Positions 35,288 through 43,461 of a stretch of 64,000 nucleotides of DNA are shown here, in pieces (within the stretch, counting starts at the first letter, position 1; each line of letters starts with the position of its first letter). The stretch comes from Bacteroidales bacterium. GTDB taxonomy: Bacteria > Bacteroidota > Bacteroidia > Bacteroidales > VadinHA17. Under the pieces are notes generated by a model. That model was not told where the DNA came from, ran no database searches, and worked only from the letters and a program-made list of their open reading frames with translations. Both the position numbers and the translations under genes were made by a program. The stretch spans positions 7,789 through 71,788 of the forward strand of contig JADGPU010000001.1 in assembly GCA_017882305.1 (NCBI GenBank), read 5' to 3'.

Positions 35288-37339
35288 ATGCAAAAAATTA
35301 TTGAAATTCAGTTTTCCGACTTATTCGATTTAAAGGATATCCAACATATTCAGGACCTCTTTGCAGATGCTACAGGTGTTGCATCAATAATAACACATCC
35401 AGATGGTACCCCAATAACCCGGCCAAGTAATTTCTGCAGATTATGCAATGAAATAATCAGAAAAACAGAAGTTGGACTTACAAATTGCTTCAAATCTGAT
35501 GCTGAAATTGGACGACCTAATCCTTCAGGTCCAGTTGTACAACCATGTCTGAGTGGTGGTTTATGGGATGCAGGTTCAAGTATTATTGTCGGGGGTAAAC
35601 ATATTGCCAACTGGTTAATCGGTCAGGTAAAAAATGAAGAACTGGATCTTAAGCAAATGCTTCTGTATTCTGAAGAGATTGGAGCTGATCAGGAAACTTT
35701 TATGAGTGCTCTGAAAGAGGTGCCGGTAATGTCAAAAGAAAAGTTTGAAAAAGTGGCTAAAATGTTATTTTCCTTTGCCAGCGAATTATCCATAAAAGCC
35801 TATCAGAATATTTTGCTTAAACAATCAATAGATGACCGTGATCGTGCTGAAAAAAAGTTGACTTTTGAACAATATCTGATTACCAGTCTATTGGATAACC
35901 TTCCGGACCATGTCTATTTTAAAGACCGGGAAAGCCGTTTCATCAGGGTCAATAAGGCTATGGCTCAATTCCTTGGTTTAAATGATCCTGACCAGGCTAT
36001 TGGAAAGACAGACTTTGACTTTTTTACCGGAGAACATGCACAGCAGGCATATGAAGATGAACAGAATATAATCAGGACCAGGCAACTGTTGAGTATTGAA
36101 GAGAAGGAGACATATCCCGATCGTTCCGACACCAGGGTTTCAACTATTAAAATGCCTTTGCAGGATAAAGATGGAAATATCATAGGTACATTCGGAATCT
36201 CAAGAGACATCACCAATGCGAAGCTGGCGGAAGAGGAGATAATGAAAAGTGAAATCTTAAACCGGACTTTAATCAAGCACCTTCCGCAGCGAATTTTTAT
36301 TAAAGACCTTGATTCAAAATATATATTATGCAACGACATTTATTCAAGGGATTTAGGAATAAATCCGAAAGAGATTGTCGGTAAAGACGACTTTGCTTTT
36401 TTCTCCCGTGAATTAGCCGAAAAATATCGCAGAGACGATCAAGAGGTTATATCGGATGGGATTCAAAAAGAATTTGAAGAAAAATATTCGATTTCAGGCC
36501 GGGAGCGATGGACACATGTTAATAAAGTTCCATATCGTGATACGAATGATCAGATTGTGGGAGTACTAGGCATATTTGAAGACATCACCGAGCGTAAAGT
36601 AGTGGAAGAAGAAATTAAACATAAGAATGAACTGCTCCAGGCAATGAATGCGGAAAAAGACAAATTCTTTTCAATAATTTCACATGACCTGCGTAGCCCT
36701 TTAAGTGCATTTGTTGCAGCTACACAGATACTTGCCACTGAAATTCAGACAATGAATATTGAAGAGATCAGAGAAATTACTCAGAGTATGAAGTCATCAG
36801 CAACAAATATCTATACCCTGCTTGAAAACCTTCTAGAATGGTCACGTCTGAGACGGGGTGGGATGGATTTTGTTCCTGAAAAACTTAATCTAAAAGAAAA
36901 AATCGATGATTGTATTGATGTTCTTTCTGAATCCGCAAGGAAAAAAGAGATTCAAATAAATGTTTCCATTCCTGGTGAAGTTGAAATTTGGGCTGATAAC
37001 CATATGTTCGATGCTGTAGTCCGGAATCTGGTTTCTAATGCAATAAAATTTACCCATGTTGGCGGCAAAGTCACTGTGGAAGCTTTTTACAAAAATGACC
37101 GTCTGGTGGAAGTGAAAGTCACCGATTCAGGTATCGGAATAACCCCCGAATTGAAAGATAAACTGTTTCTTCTGAGTGAGAAGACCAGTCGTCCGGGTAC
37201 AGAAGGTGAATCCAGTACCGGACTAGGATTATTGTTATGTAAAGAATTCATTGAAAAGAATGATGGTAAAATATGGGTGGAAAGCGAGGTTGGAAAGGGA
37301 AGTACTTTTAGTTTTACAATAAGAGGAAAGAGCAAATAG
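35288..37339 (+). CDS. PocR-like/PAS sensor histidine kinase (paralog of 33496..35220)
   Basis: Cys-rich N-terminal sensor (FCRLCNE, CFKSD, QPCLSGG), two PAS domains, H-box FFSIISHDLRSPL, and an ATPase domain. ATG at 35288. Confidence 0.85.
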   Translation: MQKIIEIQFSDLFDLKDIQHIQDLFADATGVASIITHPDGTPITRPSNFCRLCNEIIRKTEVGLTNCFKSDAEIGRPNPSGPVVQPCLSGGLWDAGSSIIVGGKHIANWLIGQVKNEELDLKQMLLYSEEIGADQETFMSALKEVPVMSKEKFEKVAKMLFSFASELSIKAYQNILLKQSIDDRDRAEKKLTFEQYLITSLLDNLPDHVYFKDRESRFIRVNKAMAQFLGLNDPDQAIGKTDFDFFTGEHAQQAYEDEQNIIRTRQLLSIEEKETYPDRSDTRVSTIKMPLQDKDGNIIGTFGISRDITNAKLAEEEIMKSEILNRTLIKHLPQRIFIKDLDSKYILCNDIYSRDLGINPKEIVGKDDFAFFSRELAEKYRRDDQEVISDGIQKEFEEKYSISGRERWTHVNKVPYRDTNDQIVGVLGIFEDITERKVVEEEIKHKNELLQAMNAEKDKFFSIISHDLRSPLSAFVAATQILATEIQTMNIEEIREITQSMKSSATNIYTLLENLLEWSRLRRGGMDFVPEKLNLKEKIDDCIDVLSESARKKEIQINVSIPGEVEIWADNHMFDAVVRNLVSNAIKFTHVGGKVTVEAFYKNDRLVEVKVTDSGIGITPELKDKLFLLSEKTSRPGTEGESSTGLGLLLCKEFIEKNDGKIWVESEVGKGSTFSFTIRGKSK

Positions 37340-37372
37340 TAAAAAGTACGGAGCAAGGTGTGAGGAGTAAAA
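37338..37372. repeat. 7-nt-period array (5 units)
   Basis: agtaaaa agtacgg agcaagg tgtgagg agtaaaa. Confidence 0.6.
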
Positions 37373-37400
37373 AAATATTCATCATTTAAACCCTTATAAA

Positions 37401-38159
37401 ATGATTCAAAAGAATCTCCTGAAAATCCTTTTTGTAGAGTATCTACCTTCAGATGTCGATCTGGCTGTTCTGGAATTGCGGAAGGAGAAAATAGAATTTG
37501 AATATATTACCGTTTGTACCAGGATTGATATGGTATCAGCACTTAAGAAATTCAATCCCGATCTGATTATTTCTGATTATATGATGCCTTCATTTAATGG
37601 CTTGCTGGCTCTGAAAGAAGCAAAGGAATTCAACTCTGAAATTCCATTTATTCTTTATACCGGATCAGTTAATGAAGAGACGGCCGTTGCATGTCTTAAA
37701 GCAGGAGCACAGGATTATATTATCAAAGAACACATGACAAGATTACCTTATGCGGTAAAGGAGGCGGTGGAACAGGTAAGGAGAAATAAGGAAAAAAGAG
37801 CTTCAGAACTACTTTTAAAGGAAAACGAGGAAAAACTTCAGAGCATTTTCAGTGTTGCTCCGGTGGGTATAGGACTTGTGGTTGACAGGGTTCTTATAGA
37901 AGTGAATGATACTTTCTGCAATATGACCGGATATACCAGAAGAGAATTAATTGGGAAATCTTCTGAGATTATATATTCATCAAGGGAAGAATATATAAAA
38001 GCCGGGGAAGAGAAATACAGGCAGATAAAAAAAAAAGGAACAGGGTCTGTTGAGACATCTTTTAAGTGCAAAGACGGTAAGCTTCTAAATGTTTTACTAA
38101 GTTCAGCACCTCTTGATAAAAATGATCATTCAAAAGGAGTAACTATTTACAGTTCTTGA
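37401..38159 (+). CDS. Response-regulator receiver + PAS; 5' fragment of a frameshifted hybrid kinase
   Basis: REC domain (LIISDYMMPSFNG) followed by a PAS domain. The ORF stops at 38157-38159 inside what should be the PAS-terminal DITxRK motif. Confidence 0.8.
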   Translation: MIQKNLLKILFVEYLPSDVDLAVLELRKEKIEFEYITVCTRIDMVSALKKFNPDLIISDYMMPSFNGLLALKEAKEFNSEIPFILYTGSVNEETAVACLKAGAQDYIIKEHMTRLPYAVKEAVEQVRRNKEKRASELLLKENEEKLQSIFSVAPVGIGLVVDRVLIEVNDTFCNMTGYTRRELIGKSSEIIYSSREEYIKAGEEKYRQIKKKGTGSVETSFKCKDGKLLNVLLSSAPLDKNDHSKGVTIYSS

Positions 38160-40473
38160 CATAACGGCAAGAAAACTTGCTGAAACAGCTCTCCATGAAA
38201 GTGAAGAAAGGTTTCGTACGCTCTACAATGATGCAGTTGTCGGCCTTTACAGAACTAACGCGCAAGGACAAATATTGCTTGCAAATTGGGCATTGGTCAA
38301 AATGCTTGGTTTTCAATCTTTTGAAGAATTGGCTGAAATAAACCTTAATACTTCCGCAATTGGTACAACAGGTACTTCAAATGACCGCCAGAAATTTATA
38401 ACAGAGATTGAAGGAAAAGGTGAGATAAAGGATCTTGAAGCAATTTGGATTTGTCGTGATGGCAGAGAAATATTTGTCAGAGAAAGTGCAAAAGCTTTTT
38501 ATGATTCTGATGGAAATATTCTCTGGTATGATGGAACAGTGGAAGACATAACTCACCGTAAGAATATGGAGGAGGCTCTGAGAGAGAGTCAGCAGTTGTT
38601 TGAAACCCTTGCAATAACCTCCCCTGTTGGGATTTTCAGAACGAATCCGGATGGACAAACCACGTATGTGAATCCAAGATGGTTGGAATTATCAGGCTTA
38701 ACAGCCGTTGAAGCCATGGGTTTCGGATGGTTAAAAGCAGTATACCCTGATGACCGGAAACAATTAGATATAAAATGGAAATCAGATGTTCAATCACTAA
38801 TGTCCTCTGCTGCTGAATACCGTTTTGTAAGACCTGATGGTAGTATTGTTTGGGTCATGGGAAATGCAGTTCCAGAATGGATTGGTGACAGGGTTGCCGG
38901 TTATATAGGTACTATTACTGACATTACAGAGAGAAAACAAGCTGAGTTAGCTTTGAGAAAAAGTGAAGAAAAATACCGCAGCATTTTTGAAAATGTTCAG
39001 GATGTTTATTATGAGACCTCAATCAATGGGACAATTCTTGAAGTCAGCCCTTCCATTAATATTTTGTCAAAAGGACAATATCAAATGCATGATCTTATCG
39101 GAAAAAAGATGTCCGATTTCTATGCTGAACCTGAAGAGCGGCAAGTTATCCTGTCAGAACTACAAGCGAAAGGTGCTGTCACTGATTTTGAAGTTACTCT
39201 TAAAAACTGCGATGGTTCGTTTGTACCTTGTTCAATTTCAGCAAAACTCGTCTTTAATCTAGACGGACATCCTGAAAAAATCATCGGGAGCATGCACGAC
39301 ATTACCGACCGTAAGAATGTGACTGAAGCGCTTAAACTTGCTAAGGAGAAAGCCGAGGCAAGCGATAAGCTTAAAACTGAATTTTTAAATAATATCTCCC
39401 ATGAAGTACGTACACCACTCAATGGAATTATTGGTTTTGCTGAGATAATTTCTATGCAGGATTTGTCAGAAGAAGCGAAAAAAGAAACCACTGCAATGCT
39501 ATTTGAAAGTAGCAACCGGTTGTTGAACACAATTACAAACTATATGGATATTTCTTTGATAACATCAGGGAATCTGTCTGTCAATAAAAAGGACTTTATT
39601 GCCACCTCGATTCTCAAAAAAATCTTTAATAATTTTGAATATGTATGTCTGAACAGGAGGCTGGAATTATTCCTGGAAATCCCTGACCAGTCAGAAGACT
39701 ATTACATCAATTCGGATCCTGAAATATGCAAGAAAATTCTTAGTCATTTTCTTGACAATGCTGTCAAATTTACAGAAAAAGGAAGCATACATTTTGGTTT
39801 TAATCGTAAGGCTGAACAACTTGAGTTTTATGTAAAAGACACTGGAATAGGAATAGGTCCGGATTCTTTTAGTACTATTTTTGACCGGTTTGCTAAAGAG
39901 AATCAGGGTCAGCATAAAGTTACTGAAGGGAGCGGACTGGGATTATCTATTGCACAAGGGATGGCTGAAGCTATCGGAGGGGTAATAAGGTTAGAATCCG
40001 AACCAGGCATCGGGTCATGTTTCTTTCTCACAATTCCGGTAAAGCAACCCTCTGGAGTATCTTCACCACAATCTCCTGTCAGGGATCTAAAGAAGTCTAA
40101 AAGCGGATCTCTGATACTTGTCGCTGAAGATGATGAAACAAATTTCTACTACCTTAATGCCGTGCTGACAAAGGAAACAGGAGCAAAAGTCCTATATGCA
40201 TCAAATGGGAGGGAAGCTATCGAACTTTTCAAAGCCAATCCGGATATTAAGTTGATCCTGATGGACATGAAGATGCCGGAGATTGACGGATTTGAAGCTA
40301 CTCGACAAATAAAGCTGATTGAACCGGATGTTACTATTATTGCCATAACGGCACACGCTATGTCGGGAGATGAGGAAAGAATAATTGCTGCAGGTTGTGA
40401 TGGGTATCTCAGTAAGCCGATAAACAAAAAGAGTCTTCTGGAGAAAATGGCAGAGTTTGTTAGCATAAGATAA
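38143..40473 (+). CDS. PAS-PAS-PAS-HisKA-HATPase-REC; 3' fragment of the same hybrid kinase (the ORF track starts it at 38275)
   Basis: The second reading frame is open from 38143 and reads LFTVLDITARKLAETALHESEERFRTLY. H-box ISHEVRTPLNG, ATPase GSGLGLSI, C-terminal REC LMDMKMPEIDG. Confidence 0.8.
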   Translation, partial: LFTVLDITARKLAETALHESEERFRTLYNDAVVGLYRTNAQGQILLANWALVKMLGFQSFEELAEINLNTSAIGTTGTSNDRQKFITEIEGKGEIKDLEAIWICRDGREIFVRESAKAFYDSDGNILWYDGTVEDITHRKNMEEALRESQQLFETLAITSPVGIFRTNPDGQTTYVNPRWLELSGLTAVEAMGFGWLKAVYPDDRKQLDIKWKSDVQSLMSSAAEYRFVRPDGSIVWVMGNAVPEWIGDRVAGYIGTITDITERKQAELALRKSEEKYRSIFENVQDVYYETSINGTILEVSPSINILSKGQYQMHDLIGKKMSDFYAEPEERQVILSELQAKGAVTDFEVTLKNCDGSFVPCSISAKLVFNLDGHPEKIIGSMHDITDRKNVTEALKLAKEKAEASDKLKTEFLNNISHEVRTPLNGIIGFAEIISMQDLSEEAKKETTAMLFESSNRLLNTITNYMDISLITSGNLSVNKKDFIATSILKKIFNNFEYVCLNRRLELFLEIPDQSEDYYINSDPEICKKILSHFLDNAVKFTEKGSIHFGFNRKAEQLEFYVKDTGIGIGPDSFSTIFDRFAKENQGQHKVTEGSGLGLSIAQGMAEAIGGVIRLESEPGIGSCFFLTIPVKQPSGVSSPQSPVRDLKKSKSGSLILVAEDDETNFYYLNAVLTKETGAKVLYASNGREAIELFKANPDIKLILMDMKMPEIDGFEATRQIKLIEPDVTIIAITAHAMSGDEERIIAAGCDGYLSKPINKKSLLEKMAEFVSIR

Positions 40474-40560
40474 AAGACAAAAGTAAAAAGTTGAGGAACG
40501 AAGTGGAGCTCGGCGTAGCCAAATCCCGCAAGGCGGGGACAAAAGTAAAGAATCGCCTTT
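40472..40560. repeat. Heptamer array (AAAAGAC AAAAGTA AAAAGTT GAGGAAC GAAGTGG) plus dispersed hairpin element copy 2 (40486-40542, inverted)
   Basis: aaaagttgaggaacgaagtgg...aaatcccgcaaggcggggacaa is the reverse complement of 14679-14724 with an extra 12 nt. It fills the convergent gap between the kinase and tkt. Confidence 0.8.
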
Positions 40561-40561
40561 T

Positions 40562-42604
40562 TTAACCTTTAACCTTATCGAGATATTCATTTACCCTTTT
40601 GTAAACATTTTCGGCCGTGAACCCTAATTTTTCATCGAGGACCTTATACGGGGCTGAATAGCCAAAACTATTCATTCCCCAAACAACTCCATTTTGTCCA
40701 ACGAGTCCCTGAAGTGTGACCGATAATCCTGCTGTCAGACCAAATATTGGAACATTCTCCGGTATGATTGATTTCTTATAGCTTTCCGGCTGCTTCCTGA
40801 ACAATCCTTCTGATGGAGCAGAAATGATCCGAACATTCAGATTGTCTTTTGTTAAAAGCTGAGCTCCCTCAATGAGTGTTGCTACTTCCGAACCACTGGC
40901 AATCAAAATTATGTCAGGTCTTCCATTACAATCCTGGACAATATAGGCACCTTTTTCCATTTGTAATGCCTCAGTATACCTGTTATTGTCTTCTGAAGGC
41001 AGATCTTTAATATTTTGTCGTGAGAGTATCAGAGCTGTCGGCGTTTTTTTGTTCTCCATCGCCATTTTCCAGGCAACTGTTGTTTCAGCAGAATCAGCTG
41101 GTCGTAATACAACCATACTGTTCTCACCATGATGGTTTTTAAGATGCTCCATTAGTCTCAGCTGAGCTTCCTGTTCTATTGGCTGGTGAGTTGGTCCGTC
41201 TTCTCCTACACGGAAAGCATCATGAGTCCAGATGTATTTTACCGGCAATCCCATCAGACATGCCAATCTTACTGCCGGTTTCATAAAATCTGAAAAAACA
41301 AAGAATGTCCCGCATGCGGGTATAATACCACCATGAAGAGCCATTCCATTAATAACAGCTGCCATTGTCAGTTCTGAAACCCCAGCCTGAAGAAAAGCTC
41401 CTGTAAAATCATCCTTAATGAAGGCATGAGTATTTTTCAGGAAACCGTCAGTTTTATCGGAGTTTGAAAGATCGGCTGAAGCGACAATCATATTATCAAT
41501 TTTTTTTGCGAGGAGACCAAGAACAGTTGCTGATGCGGCCCTTGTAGCAGACCCTTCCTTTTGAATAACAGATTTGTAATCAATCTCCGGAACTTCCTGT
41601 GAATAAAAGGAGTGAAGTTTTTTAGCCTGTTCCATGTTTTTGTCAGCCCATTCATTTTTAGCCTTTTTCCATGCTGAAGAAGTTTTCTTCTTGATTTCAA
41701 GTACTTTTCCATAGTATTCATTAACTTCTTCAAAGATCTGGAATGGATCTGAAATGTTTCCACCAAGATTAACAAGTGATTTTTCAAATGATCCACCGGC
41801 TTCACTTACAGGCATTCCATGTGTTGATGTCTTCCTTTCAAAGCTCTTTCCTTCATTGTCAAGAAGCCCTTTCCCCATAATGGTTTTTCCGATAATAATC
41901 GTGGGTTTATCCTTTTGATTGATGGCAGATGTGAGTGCTGTCCTGATCTGTTTATGATCATTTCCGTCAATTCTAATGACATTCCATCCCCACGCTGTGT
42001 ATTTCATGCCGGTGTCTTCAATTGTAACGGCTTTTGTTTCACTTGAAAGCTGGATGTCATTTGAATCGTAAAACATGATCAGATTGCCAAGACCAAGAAA
42101 ACCGGCCAGACGGCCCGCCCCCTGCGAAATCTCTTCCTGAACACCTCCATCTGAAATGTAAGTAAATATCTTATGAGCAAATAGTACTCCGAACCTTGCT
42201 ACAAGAAAACGTTCTGCAATTGCTGCGCCAACAGCCATGGTATGACCCTGTCCGAGAGGCCCTGATGTATTTTCAATTCCTTTCAGGATATTAAGTTCCG
42301 GATGACCCGGTGTCGGACTGCCCCATTGGCGGAAATTCTTTAATTCCTCAACAGTAAAGTGACCCGTTAGAGTAAGGATCGAATAGAGCATAGGCGACAT
42401 ATGTCCGGGATCGAGAAAGAACCGGTCGCGATTAATCCATGAAGGATCAGATGGATCAAAATTCAGGAACTCTGAAAAAAGTATATGAATATAATCGGCC
42501 CCTCCCATAGCACCACCGGGATGACCTGATTTCGATTTTTCCACCATCGCCATAGCAAGAATGCGGATGTTATCAGCAGCTCTTTGATTTATATCAATAT
42601 TCAT
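40562..42604 (-). CDS. tkt: Transketolase
   Basis: 680 aa with SGHPGGAMG, the ThDP motif GDGGVQEG-like (SDGGVQEEISQGA), and GEDGPTHQPIE. Confidence 0.95.
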   Translation of the reverse strand: MNIDINQRAADNIRILAMAMVEKSKSGHPGGAMGGADYIHILFSEFLNFDPSDPSWINRDRFFLDPGHMSPMLYSILTLTGHFTVEELKNFRQWGSPTPGHPELNILKGIENTSGPLGQGHTMAVGAAIAERFLVARFGVLFAHKIFTYISDGGVQEEISQGAGRLAGFLGLGNLIMFYDSNDIQLSSETKAVTIEDTGMKYTAWGWNVIRIDGNDHKQIRTALTSAINQKDKPTIIIGKTIMGKGLLDNEGKSFERKTSTHGMPVSEAGGSFEKSLVNLGGNISDPFQIFEEVNEYYGKVLEIKKKTSSAWKKAKNEWADKNMEQAKKLHSFYSQEVPEIDYKSVIQKEGSATRAASATVLGLLAKKIDNMIVASADLSNSDKTDGFLKNTHAFIKDDFTGAFLQAGVSELTMAAVINGMALHGGIIPACGTFFVFSDFMKPAVRLACLMGLPVKYIWTHDAFRVGEDGPTHQPIEQEAQLRLMEHLKNHHGENSMVVLRPADSAETTVAWKMAMENKKTPTALILSRQNIKDLPSEDNNRYTEALQMEKGAYIVQDCNGRPDIILIASGSEVATLIEGAQLLTKDNLNVRIISAPSEGLFRKQPESYKKSIIPENVPIFGLTAGLSVTLQGLVGQNGVVWGMNSFGYSAPYKVLDEKLGFTAENVYKRVNEYLDKVKG

Positions 42605-42622
42605 TCAGGCTAAAATTAGAGT

Positions 42623-42637
42623 TTGATGCATTATCAA
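42623..42637. promoter_or_regulatory. Palindrome TTGAT-N5-ATCAA upstream of tkt
   Basis: ttgatgcattatcaa, 19-33 nt upstream of the ATG at 42604. The same 5+5 palindrome recurs at 58936-58950. Confidence 0.35.
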
Positions 42638-42717
42638 CAAAAATATGATTATTCGACGAGAGAAAAAACAATTTTTTTTTTGTACTTTTAACCTGAATAG
42701 TCTAAACTGCCTGAAAC

Positions 42718-43458
42718 ATGGAACATAAGCTGAATGCTTTAATCGTTGATGATGAAGAGAATGCCAGATTATTACTTAATACGTTATTAGAGGAAACTTT
42801 TTTATTCAACGATATCAGATTAGCTCAGTCAGTCGACGCTGCTTACACTGAGATGAACCGTTTTGAACCGGATATTATCTTTCTCGATATTAAAATGCCC
42901 GGGAAAGACGGTTTTGCATTCATTCAGGATCTGCCTCATGGATACAAATTACAGAAAATTGTTTTTGTGACAGCCTATGATCAGTATGCTATTAAAGCAA
43001 TTAAAAACCAGGCCTTTGATTATCTTCTTAAACCGGTTAACCGCAAGGAATTAGAACAATGTTTATCAAGGTTTATTGAGAAGAAAAACGAAGAAACTGA
43101 TATTGAACGTACTGTAAAAATTATTGAAGCACATGATCGTATAACCAGGATAAGGGTCAATACCCGGACCGGAACATTATTTATTAATCCTTCTGATATA
43201 TTATTCTGTAAAGCTGAAGGTAATTATACAACAGTATGTACAGGTAAGAAACATCATCTCTGTTCAATGAACCTTGGAAGGGTGGCGGAATTGCTTCCCA
43301 AGAATGGGTTTGTAAGAGTGGGGCGGTCATACATTGTTAATTTTGAGTATATTACGATGTTAGATCGCAAGGAATGCACAATCATACTTGTGAGAGACGG
43401 GGAGTCAGTGACAGTTAAAATACCCAGACAGCATCTGAAGGATCTTGATATTATATAA
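42718..43458 (+). CDS. LytR/AlgR-family response regulator (REC + LytTR)
   Basis: REC domain (IFLDIKMPGKDG) and a C-terminal LytTR domain (ILFCKAEGNYT, RVGRSYIVN). Confidence 0.9.
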   Translation: MEHKLNALIVDDEENARLLLNTLLEETFLFNDIRLAQSVDAAYTEMNRFEPDIIFLDIKMPGKDGFAFIQDLPHGYKLQKIVFVTAYDQYAIKAIKNQAFDYLLKPVNRKELEQCLSRFIEKKNEETDIERTVKIIEAHDRITRIRVNTRTGTLFINPSDILFCKAEGNYTTVCTGKKHHLCSMNLGRVAELLPKNGFVRVGRSYIVNFEYITMLDRKECTIILVRDGESVTVKIPRQHLKDLDII

Positions 43459-43461
43459 ACA

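Noticed and set aside
40201-40590. A 129-aa minus-strand ORF spanning the kinase 3' end, the repeat element and the tkt stop.
   Set aside because: It is antisense to a well-supported REC domain and is translated through the low-complexity repeat. It is an artefact of the open frame.
42623-42640. ttgatgcattatcaacaa upstream of tkt, considered as a Rex operator.
   Set aside because: Only about 10/14 half-site positions match. It is better described as a TTGAT-N5-ATCAA palindrome, which is reported separately.
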